DNA of 64,000 nucleotides from Psammoneis japonica. Its lineage: Eukaryota. The notes below the pieces were generated by a model. That model was not told the DNA's origin. It did not search any database and worked only from the letters and a program-made list of their open reading frames with translations. Made by a program: the position numbers and the translations under genes. Shown piece after piece: positions 50,600 to 61,189 of the stretch (position 1 is the first letter of the stretch; each line of letters opens with the position of its first letter). The stretch lies in NCBI GenBank assembly GCA_008632985.1, contig QPGO01000028.1, forward strand, positions 62,001-126,000, in the 5' to 3' direction.

Positions 50600-53500
50600 T
50601 GATGCGGCACATGCTTGCAGCACCGAAACTGTCCCACTGGCGTGGACTTGTGCAATTTGAAACTGACCGCGAGCTTGAGCTTCGAGCTTTGCTGGATCCA
50701 CAGACTTGATTGACACATCTTTTCCCACAAGATAATTGCAAGAATGACGCTTTGCGTTCTGTCGTCACAGGTTTTTGTTGATGAGCACTTGACGGTTGGC
50801 TTGAATGGCAGCAAGATTGGAGAGAACAGAGATGGATCCAAAATCACATCATGTTGGAATGCCAAAGCTCCACTTGAGACACCCATGGACCTTGAATGAG
50901 AGCATCGTAATGCAAAAGAGGCTGTGGCAAGGGCATCATCCATGATCTGCTTGGCCTGTTGAATGTTCAAAGGTGGGTCAGCAGCAACCACAGTTTGCAA
51001 AATGTTGGCCACTGTTTGGTGCATTTGTTCACAAATGGAGTTGGCTGCAGGACTCCGTGAGGTCATTGGAGCATCTTCGACACCGGCCTGGTTCAATGTC
51101 ACCTGAAATTCCCAACCAATGAATTCACCACCGTCATCATGGATGCATCGATTTGGTCTGGGACAATGAGCCAACCAGAGGTTGCGGAACTTGTTGGTGA
51201 TGTGTTGAGAAGTTTTGTTGTCAATGCGCACAAGTTCAGTCAGGCCAGTGACAGTGTCAACACAAGTGAGGGCACTGAATTCAATCTCTTGATCTTGAAT
51301 CGGCATTTTCCATGGCCCAATGAGATCAACTGCCACTTCCGACCATGGAGCTGATGGTGCTTGGTGTTCAGGCAATTCTCCATGTCCCGGACCAAGTTGT
51401 TTGAAGTGTTGACAGGTGTCACACACAAGCTCATTACAATGCCAATGCAATGCAGGATGACACATGTGAGTGCAAATGCTCTTGTACAAACAAACAACTC
51501 CACAATGGTCCAATGCACGATGATGCCATGTGAGCATGTCAGGCAACAATGCAGTCGGAGTGCAAATTTTCCATGCTCCAGGCAGATCATTCAAGTGCAA
51601 ATGACAACACATGATGGGATGATGGTTCACAATCTTGACCACGAATTGCTGCGGGTTCTGTTGTCTCTGCTGATTCAGTTGCTGGTCCTCAAACTGGAGC
51701 TGTTGCATCCGTGACATCTTGGTGGGACTCGGCATTTTGTTCAATGTCAGACATTTTAAAAAGCATTCAAACAGCTCAGGCTCATCAAGCAGAGAAGAAA
51801 AGGTGTGAGACTCATCAGAGGGATCAACAGGAGCATGGCAACACTTGAACCTGCAAGTGCCCAACTCCAATTCTTCTTCTTCCTTGGCCTTGCTCAATTC
51901 ACTGCTGTTTTCAACTTTTCAAAATGAATGATTTTTCCTTTGCCTTTGCCACTTGGCCCAAGGCTCTTCCCCTCCAAAGGCAGACCCACATGTGGAAGAC
52001 AAGAAAAACAATTGGTGAGCATGTTGTCAGATGCCAGCAAAGGACATGCTGTGCATTCAAGGTGCAAAAGGTGAGATTTTTATGGTCAGTGTGAACAGCA
52101 ATGTTGGCACCACTGAGCAACATTGTGCGAAATTCTTTGAAGCACATGACAACAGCAAGGAGTTCCTTCTCCATGGTTGAACAGTTGTGTTGAGCTGCTG
52201 AGAGCTTTTTGGACCAATGTGCTGCTGGTTTGCCATCTTGGGTGATGGCTGTGCCCATCTGGCAGTCGGATGCATTGGTGCAAACATGGAATGGTGGGTT
52301 GTGGTTGGGACAGGCCATCAGAGCTTCCACCGCAATCACTGCTTTTATTTTCTTCAAATGCTTTCTGACACACATCTGACCAATGGAACTGGCTCTTGCC
52401 TGTCAACTCCCTGACGACGAGGCCACATGTTGCAACAACAGGTCACTGCACCAAGAAATGAGCAAAGTTGCATGGCATTCCGTGGAGGCTGCATCCAGGG
52501 AACAGCTTCAACCTTTTTCTTCCACGGTTTGACGCCAGTTGGAGTGAGCCAATGCCCCAGGAAATCCATCTCTTGGACACACCACTTGCGTTTTAATGGG
52601 TTGACTTTCAATCCATTCTCCTCAAGATGATGCAACACCTTGTCAAGATGAGAGAGATGACAATCAAAGTCAGCATCAAATGCGCCAATGTCATCGACAC
52701 AAGTTTCAACATCCAAACCATGTGTGATTTTCTCAATGACAGACTGAGCAATGTCTGGAGCTGGCTTCAATCTCACGGCCATGTGGCAGTGTTGGAACTT
52801 TCCGCAGGGAGTTGCAATTGCAGCCAGCTCCTTGCTTTTGTCGTCCAATTTCAAGTTGCAGTGGAACATGGTGAGATCAAGTTTCGTAAAGAATTTGAAG
52901 CCCGCCATTCACTGTGGCACATCTTGGACAACCGGCAAGGGATGGACTTTCTGCTTGAGCACCTCGTTTGGTTCACAGAAGTCAGACACCCATCGCACTT
53001 GCCCGTCCTTCTTTGGAGTGATGAAAGCACCGGCTGCCCATTCTGCAGGTCCACATGGTCGCAAGACTCCCAGGTCCACCAAATGCTTCAGCTCCTTTTT
53101 GAATGCTTCTTCATCAACTCGAGCAACAGGAAAAGGTTTTGAGTGACAGGGTGCAGCATTTTCTTCCACCTCCAGGTGTGCCTTTTCATGAGGACAGTGA
53201 CCCAAAGTTCCGTCAAACAAGGTTGAGCATTTCTCCAACACCACTGGCAGCTTCATCTTTTGCTCTTCTGTCAGGTGATCCAGGTTGCAAACCACTTCCG
53301 CAGGATCCATTGCTTTGCACTTGGCATCCAGCATGTGGCCATCACACCCATCATCATGTCCACAGTCTGATTTGTCCTTGCAGTCTTCATCAAATTCATC
53401 CATCTGATCTAGAGCAACATGCCAGTTGCAGGGTTTTGATGATGAGGCTCCTTCATTGGAATTGTGTGGTCCAGCCAATGCAGAGTTCTTGCATCGCAGT

Positions 53501-53900
53501 TCAAGTGGAGTCCAATCTTGTCCAAGAAATCTCAACCCAAAATGACATCATGCGCACATGGAGCACAAAAAACATGAGCGACACAACCGTCAACCCTCCA
53601 AGTCTCTTGTCGAATTCTGGCAGCACAGTGTGTCACTCAGAGCTGCCCAACGACCCGATTGGAAAGGACCTGCTGTGGATTGAAAAGCTTGCACTCCATG
53701 TTCATCAATGGATGGCACGGCCCCACGAGGTGAAACTTGAGAAGAGATCACAGTGTGAGAGCCACCAGAATCAAACAGCACACGCATCTCATGATTCAAT
53801 TCATGACATTGGACTGATTTGGCAACAAGCAGTGTTGATGGGACCAATGCGGTGCATGAAACTTGCAAACCCATTTTGGGGAGAGGAACATCACATTCAA
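50600..53900 (-). pseudogene. Gypsy pol (protease, RT, RNase H, integrase), frameshifted
   Basis: RVLFDSGGSHT (PR); FITPKKDGQVRWVSDF, TKLDL and ETCVDD (RT); FHVCTNASDCQMG and EKELLAVV (RH); WSEVAVDLIGPW, IHDDGGEF and PAANSICE (IN). Confidence 0.92.
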
Positions 53901-55679
53901 GTGCATCTTGATCAAATGCGTCCCCCTCTTCATTCGTGCAATTTTCTGCAGTGTCTTCAAATTCAACAGGAGACAATTCATCAGGATTTTCAAAACAATC
54001 AAAGGCAAAACTTCCAGGCACATTTTCAGGAACAATGCACTCATTTTCAACAAATGCTTCACATGTGGGCAATTGGGGGCATTCAGCTCCTTCTTCTCAG
54101 AACTGCCAAGGAAACTGCCCATCTGGCTGAAACCTCACCACACCTCCACAACGTGGAGGGCCTCGCCCGATCATGTCGAAATGGCGCACATCACCATGAG
54201 GAGCTTCTTGAGCCTGATTGTCATTCACATCATCTGCTTGAGCAGCACAACGGTTGGCCTGACCTTGGCCACCACGATTGTCATTGTTGCTGCAACAATG
54301 CTGGCCACCACCACCTTGGTTGCCGCTGTTGTTCTGATTTCCATTGTTGTTGTTGTTGTTGCAATTGTTGCAGCAGGTGCCACACCCTCCTTGGTTTTGG
54401 TTGCCATGACCACCAAAGCGTCCACCACCACCACGGCCAGGACCACAGCCTCCTTGGAAGCAACCTCCACCCCTCGACCTCCACCGCCACGACCACCACC
54501 TCGACCGCCATGGTTTTGAGGTCCACGACAGTTGGGGTCATTTGGATCATCACAACACTGACCCCATGCATGTCTTCTATAATGCCACGAGACCAGACAT
54601 GGGTCACTGGCCTTCGGTTGACCCTTGCCATCCTTCTTGTCACGGTTGCCCTTCTTGTTGCTGGTGGTGGAGCTCCCTCCATTGCCATTGTTGGACTTGC
54701 GTTTCTTTTCTTGTTGTCCTGGCCATTGGCAAATGCCTTCTCATTCCACCATGGAATCTGGGACAAGATTCTTGCCCGCACGAATGTGGGGCTGCTGCCA
54801 GGTCAAAGGAAAGGTCGTGCAGAAGATGACATTTTTCTGCTCTTGCTCTGTGAGTTCAGGAACGGTTCCAGGCAAGCGGTCAGCATGACAAAATGGGGTT
54901 TCCATGCAATCAACATGAGTTTCAGATTCCGTGGAGTGAGGTTTCTTGCAAGCAGGCAAGCGCATCTTCTTCGCATCCTGAGCTGTCGGCTTCACACAAT
55001 GTGGACAGTGGGCCGAAATGGCTTGATTAAACCGAGCTGCCATCCTCTGATTCTGTTGGATGCCCGCTGTGATGTTCTGCCATTTTGCCTCCACAGCACC
55101 TTGTGGGCAATTCTCAACAGCATCAAAAAGTTATGTTCCGGCATCACAATCCAACTGTCTTGCCACCTTCTGAAAGCGCTCCTCCACGTGCAACAGTGGC
55201 TCAATTCCGCGTTCTCCTGCAAAAACAGGATGCATTTTTGAGAGTTTAGTTCTGTCATCAAAGGTTTGAGCAAGTTTCACTTCTTGCAATTCAGAGTCCA
55301 CAAATTTGGTTTTATGCTCAGTGCATGCTTTCTCCAAAGCTTCTTGATGCATGACGATGAACAATTTCAGCGATCAAAGAATCAACAGCCCACACAATGA
55401 ACGAAACAACGTGCTCCCAATTGATCCACACAACGAGAACAATCAACAACCAAACAACAACAAATTCAAGTGCAGCAATGTGGGACTTGAGTTCAAACAA
55501 ACGCTGCTCTGAATCGCCCCAATTTCACGAGCACAATTGTGCTGAGGCTCCGATTGATTTCCAACAAAATTTTCTGCACGAGCACCCAGACAAGCTTTCT
55601 CTCTTTTTGACAGCACTCTGTGCATTGTCATGAAATGGACAACGCAACAAGCAAGCTACAACAATGACTGTAATTACAG

Positions 55680-56196
55680 TGCAAGATCTAGCTTGAGATG
55701 ACTTGATAAAAAGGTTGTGAGAGAACCGAGAAGGGAACCGATCACCGCAATCGCTGATCGGAACTGACTTCTAACGGCCTCTTGAAATTTCAATGGGAAT
55801 CATTCGGGTCCTCAGAGTCATCACGTAGAAATTGTGTAGGACAGTACCAAAAATAATTATAATGAGTCTGTCCATCAGTCCGTATATGAATATCAACTTC
55901 TCGGCAAATCAATTGAAATGCTATCTGATCGACGGTATTTTGATTCACATAGTGAAGGCCAATGCCGTCGATCAGATAGCATTTCAATTCAGTTCCCGAA
56001 AAGTTATTAGCTCTAATCACTCTCTCGTATGACATTGTGTACATTTCTACACAATTTTGTGTTTTTCCTTATGTAAAATATTAATTATGACTCATGCGAC
56101 ATTTTCGAATGATTCCTATTGTAATGCGTTAGTTAAATACATAATATATCAGAGGGGGCACACTCGGTCATAGTGTACACGTGCCTATATCACTCA
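55680..56196 (-). repeat. 5' LTR (unmutated, carries a MITE insertion)
   Basis: On the + strand it reads TGCAAGATC...CACTCA and retains its TA and CG dinucleotides. Confidence 0.9.
55791..56121. mobile_element. ~331-bp foldback MITE inserted in the 5' LTR
   Basis: 16-bp TIRs CAATGGGAATCATTCG / CGAATGATTCCTATTG with 1 mismatch. Absent from the 3' LTR. Central 29-bp inverted repeat at 55911-55939 / 55961-55989. Confidence 0.8.
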
Positions 56197-56533
56197 GGGC
56201 TTGACTTGCCGAAAAGTCATTAGGGCTTATATCTTATTTCAGTGTGACATTATTTACATTTGACCATTCGGACATTTTCCAATGATTTACAGCATTGCTG
56301 TCTATGCGAATTTCATCTAAGAAGCGACCTCGCTCAGCGCGGTTCCGTCCGGCCTTCGTACGGGACCTTTCGAAAACCACTTGCACAAACATCACAAAAA
56401 TCGCACACCATGACGAGTGCCGCCGACGCGTCGTCGTGTAGCTCAACAACCGTTTAGCATTATCCAATGCCACTAATAGACTCGGTTACTCTTTCATCTC
56501 GGATCACTGGGGTAGCTTCAGTGTTGTCACAAA

Positions 56534-59500
56534 ATGTCACAACCATTGAAAAAAAGGCGTCGGAAAGTGCATGGCAAATCTTCTCCGTCAAACAGGGTCA
56601 CAGTCGATTGTGAGCTCGATGCACTTCATTTGACCATTAAGTCATGTACAGCTTGTGAGAATCAGATCTGTGCATGCATGGAAAGCTTTGTTGAGCTGGG
56701 TTGTGCTGGAAAATGTGCTCTTTGTGTCTCTTGCTGCGCCCGCTCCGTCGCGTTGAGAGGTTGTGACGTGACGTTGCACTGCTCGGTGTGCAGCAGTGAA
56801 ACAACTGACTTTGCCATGCATTCTGTTCATTTTGAGCAAGGACATGGTGGTGTCAAACCTGTTCAACAATCCTGTGCTGGTGCAGTCACTCCTCCGAATG
56901 CCAAGATGGATCCGGTTCGTCATTTCATGAGCAACAAGGAAACACCGGACCAACTCTTCGGAGGCAACGTCCATGTTACGTCATCAAGGATTCAAGATTA
57001 CGCCTCATTGACATTTGCTGGACACAAAGAGGATGGCGACATTGCTGTTGCATCAACTGTTCTTCCCACTTGCTCGCAGGAAGATTGGACGAGCGAAATG
57101 AAAGCATCGATTGAGAAAATCTTCAAGGTGTTTCACTCCATCCTCGTCACCCTTTGCCCGACAAAAAAATTTGATCCGCTGGAGATGTCGAATCGCTCAA
57201 CTTTGACAAACCTTGCCCACAATCAGAAATTTGTTCTGCTCAGATGTCTTCATGCCCTTGGGCATGGAGAAATCTTGGACGACAACATTCCCGCGGAGCA
57301 GGTTCTCAACCAGTCGAAAGCCTGGGACAAGCACTTGAAATGTGTCTTTGCTGCTGCTGACATGCCACTGCACCTTGGGAATGAACATGCAGGCGTCACA
57401 AAAACAATGGTTGGGAAGCAGCTGCTTGCGCAAGCAGCCCCAAGCACCGTCCACTCCGTTTTGAACAATTGTGGGATGGCACCCGCTAGAAGCACCGAGA
57501 ACAAGGGAATGCATGACCGAGTGCAACAACTCATCAAAGATGGAATTGATTTTGTGCACTTTTCAAAGCACTGCCACTTGACTGTGCATTTTGACAACCT
57601 TGGGCACAAGAGTCGTGGTGAAAATGTGGGACACAAACAGTCCATTCTCCGTGTTGTTGTAGAGACTTTGGTTGACGAGTTGAAGAAACACAGGATCTAT
57701 GACAAAGACAACCCACTCAGTCGGAGCAGTGAGACCTGGTCTCAGGAGATTCTGAAACCAGACTTTCCTGGTGCAAAAGAAATTGCGACGCCATCGGCAA
57801 AAGCGGCAGACCGTGTCGGCCAAGAATTGCTCCGTTTGCTGGAACATATGGTCAAATTGGAGAGTGACAGACAATTCGTGTCTCATGAAGAGGCAGAGAC
57901 CATTGTTTGGCTTCTAAAGAAGAGGACGGCCCATCGGGTGGAGGCAACCAAGCGCCAACGGCAGAAGACGACAACGAGAAAAGAACGTTGCTGGACATTA
58001 ACCTTGGAATCGAAGACCTGCCACTTCAGTTGGACTTGTCAACGGCTCATGCAAATGAGTTGCTTCTGTTGCACTCTATTTTTGTTCAAGAGCTGATCCT
58101 TGCCAATGGAAAGGATGATTCCGAAATTGCAAGTTGGGGGGGAGAGCCAACAATGAAACACGTGTCCATCACGAATGCATGTGATGGCGATCCCGCCATT
58201 GTCATGAACAATTTGAAGCGACAAAAAGCCAAGTTTGCGAACTGTTTTATTGCACCGCAGGGCTTCCACCTAGAGATGAAAAGCTTGAAACTTGATGGCC
58301 TGCTGTTGGGTCCGTGCCTCGTTGAGGAATTTTTTATGCTGCTTGGCCGCGACACTCCGGGCAAACTCAATTGGGCACTGAATCCCGGCGACCCGCGTCA
58401 AGCTGAAGAAGGACATGAGGCAATTCTCCATGCAATCTTTATAGACGCGACACGAGGCTGTGTTGAAACTCAAGCAGACGATTCTGATTCTGTGGAAGTT
58501 AGCCCCGTCGATGTGTTGGACCACATTCTTGGACGAGCTTTGAAGTGTCCAGCAATTCTTCGTTTGCTGGTGCATCTTCAATTAATTGTGACATTTTTTG
58601 TGCTGCAGCATGCCGAGAAGAATGCAGATGCGGAGGACTGTGAACTAGGTCTGAGGTTGATGGCAGTCTTTGCTTCAGCAGGACATGCAATTGGGTGCGT
58701 CTCTCTGACAGCCGACCAAATTCGCGATTTCTACTGTCACAGTGAAGCTCAGAAGAAAATGTGGATGCTGTCACTCTTCCGCAAAACTGTGAATGGCAAG
58801 AACCAGTGTGGAGACCGCTTTTTTGAGAACATTGTTGGTCATGCCAGATTACATTCGGGCAAGCATGTGTACAGCAACGATGACGCTAAGCACTGCAAAC
58901 GGATTCGCGAAGTCGCTGTGGAATCTAATAAAAATCAAAGCTGCAGGAAAATCAACAATGCTGCAGCAGCAGTCACTGGCCAAGAGGGTCCTCGTCAAAT
59001 GAAAGTGAATAAGTGGTTCTGCGAGTTATTGCTGTATCTACGAGATGTCAATTACTTTGGCAATGGTGCTCCGCGCGTCATCCCCGCCAAGCCATTTTCG
59101 AAACGTGGTCCGGTGTCAAGCTACCGTGAAGTTGAAGAACTAGACCTTGTTGGACCATCCGGGAGATCTGGTGATCCTCAGAGCTGCTTCATATTGTCCA
59201 CCGGGGAAAAGCGATTCGTTGAATACTTTGAAAAATTTATTGTAGATGGAGATCCATCTGATTGCTCTCGACCCGAGACGGGTGAAGAAGGAGTGGATCT
59301 TTCATTGATCCCACCAGAAGCGGACAAGAAGGACACCGCATTACAGGACGAGCTGAAACGATGCTGTTCCGAAGACTACAGCTTTCTGATGACTAGGGGT
59401 GTATACACTGTCCCAGAACTCGACAAGGAGCTTGCACATGTGAAAGGTGAAATAGAGTCCGAAAGATGGAAAGCAATCATGGCGGCGTACCCAAAACCGA

Positions 59501-59901
59501 TCAAAGGGAGTTTGAACAAGGCATCAAAAGTCCACCGACTTATGCTAGGAAGACAATCAATGCGAACAATAGATCCGAATTGGCCAGAGTTACGAAAAGA
59601 AGAGTACAAGGCAAATCGACAGTCTGAGAGGGTTACTGAAAATGCAGACTTTGAAGCAAAACTGAAAGCCGAGATCGATCAAGATATCTTCTCGGTTAAT
59701 CAAAATGTCCGTTCCCAGTTCATACGTAAGTATCCAATTGAATGCAAGCAGCGACATATTGATCCGTCTGCGGCTGTACCGCCCTCCCCTCCGTCTCGGG
59801 ATACTTCCTCCGCATACTCTGTACGATCGTCTGATGCATCTACTCGGTATGGGTTGACGGGATTTACTCAATCCCAATCCCCTGGCTATCAATTTTTCTA
59901 A
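56534..59901 (+). pseudogene. Academ/DUF6589-like transposase with one frameshift near 57905
   Basis: Overlapping ORFs 56534-58096 and 57907-59901. Motifs VHFDNL, ACDGDP, PQGFHLEMKSL and GDRFFEN occur in the order I recall for Academ-type DDE enzymes. N-terminal Cys cluster. Confidence 0.6.
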
Positions 59902-59977
59902 AGTAGTAGTATATTGATTCATTCTAGTAGTGTACTTTAGATATTGAAATACTACATGCTGTCCATCCAACAACTGC

Positions 59978-61189
59978 TCATAATTCTTCGATGACTTCAG
60001 GGTACGCTCGAGGCTTTTTGGATGGTTTCCTACGACTCTTATTGAAAGCATCAATGTATTTCTCAACGGCAGATGAAACCAAACCATCCTTGCCAGCAAC
60101 TAATGGGTAAAAGTGAAAAGCATCATTGCTTCTTGTTTCACTCCTAGTGACAGCCTTGAACGCTTGCATTACAGGCTTTATATCGTCCCCTGAATGCGTG
60201 ACCAACAGCAACTCCGGCTTTTTGGCAGGAAGGTCGATTGTATTTCGTTGCCCGCCATCCGTCTCGGAAGGTTCAATCCCGTTCAAAACCAAGCACACAA
60301 CACGCACACACGGTTCATTATCAAGCCGATTTGGATAGTGTGTCGTATCAGCAGCAGTTCCCGCTTTCTTCAACAGTGCGTGAATCGAATCAATCGCAGT
60401 TCTGTCCGCCTGTTGGCTGAGAGAAGCTGCATTCGTTCCCATCAGATGCAAAGTGTTTCGAGATTTTTTTACCTTTTCTGCATCTTCTACCAAAGCCAGA
60501 CGTTCTTCTACTGGGGAAAAAAGTGATGTAGCTTTCAGATTGAAACTCGATCTACCGTCGTTGGCGGGGGCGCTTGTTTGTTCCACAGACTCCGACGCTG
60601 GAGTTCTGCTTCGACGCTTTCTGCTCTTGCCTCTAAAAAAAACCTTTGACGATTCTGACAAACCGGCTGATGTCAGTCTTTTGTCAGATACACTGCTAGG
60701 TGGCTCTACCTGTTGTTCTCCGGCGGTATCATTGTCTGTAGCGACTGATGCTTGTTGCGCGACCGGTTCTGGCACGGGTGAAACTGATCGCGGTAATTTT
60801 GCAGTTCCGATGGTTACTTGCGCATACTTTTCATGAATAGCAGCCTTTTGCTCATTCAATACGCGAATCCTTCGTTCATATATGTCTTTTTCCCATCGTG
60901 GGAACTTGCCCCAGCGGTTCTTCTCGATCTTCTGCTCAGCGGCATCCATTTTGACGAAATCTCGGACCTTCCGAAAAACGTTTTGCCAATTAGCATCATA
61001 ACCGAGAATGTGACGTGGTATCTCGCATCCATTGTATTTCAAACCAAGTACTCGAACGATTGAAAGGTTGATTTTGGGATCAACAAGCATAATTTGCCTC
61101 TCCTGGGTCATGTTATACTCCGGAGCCGCATTTTGTGTGCTTCCATGAGTGTCGCTATTCAACCGCGGCGCAATCGATGAAACCGACAT
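59978..61189 (-). CDS. Unknown 403-aa protein inside the TIR element
   Basis: Intact ORF with normal composition and basic NLS-like patches (KSRKRRSR, SRRKPSKKPR). It lies tail-to-tail with the transposase, inside the TIRs. Confidence 0.7.
   Translation of the reverse strand: MSVSSIAPRLNSDTHGSTQNAAPEYNMTQERQIMLVDPKINLSIVRVLGLKYNGCEIPRHILGYDANWQNVFRKVRDFVKMDAAEQKIEKNRWGKFPRWEKDIYERRIRVLNEQKAAIHEKYAQVTIGTAKLPRSVSPVPEPVAQQASVATDNDTAGEQQVEPPSSVSDKRLTSAGLSESSKVFFRGKSRKRRSRTPASESVEQTSAPANDGRSSFNLKATSLFSPVEERLALVEDAEKVKKSRNTLHLMGTNAASLSQQADRTAIDSIHALLKKAGTAADTTHYPNRLDNEPCVRVVCLVLNGIEPSETDGGQRNTIDLPAKKPELLLVTHSGDDIKPVMQAFKAVTRSETRSNDAFHFYPLVAGKDGLVSSAVEKYIDAFNKSRRKPSKKPRAYPEVIEEL

Larger units (their letters stand above)
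49150..55640. other. TpA-depleted degenerate block 6 (covers the Gypsy 3' LTR and internal region)
   Basis: TA is nearly absent, and the block ends just before the 5' LTR. Confidence 0.85.
50296..56196 (-). mobile_element. Full-length decayed Ty3/Gypsy LTR retrotransposon with GGGCT TSD
   Basis: LTRs with TG...CA ends at 56196-55680 and 50484-50296. GGGCT lies at 50291-50295 and 56197-56201. A PPT (GGAGGGGAAGAG) abuts the 3' LTR. Domain order is PR-RT-RH-IN. Confidence 0.93.

Noticed and set aside
53103..55241. 712-aa plus-strand ORF as a real gene
   Set aside because: It is antisense to Gypsy gag/pol and has a His/Cys-rich, Tyr-free composition.
7100..55640. Hundreds of short and medium ORFs in the ORF track within the degenerate blocks
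   Set aside because: They overlap in all frames, have no recognisable domains, and are explained by the loss of TAA/TAG.
7250..59000. Classical fungal RIP or simple CpG deamination as the explanation for the odd composition
   Set aside because: RIP creates TpA, whereas here TpA is lost. CpG decay cannot turn Tyr codons into Cys/His, and some TA-free regions keep their CpG.
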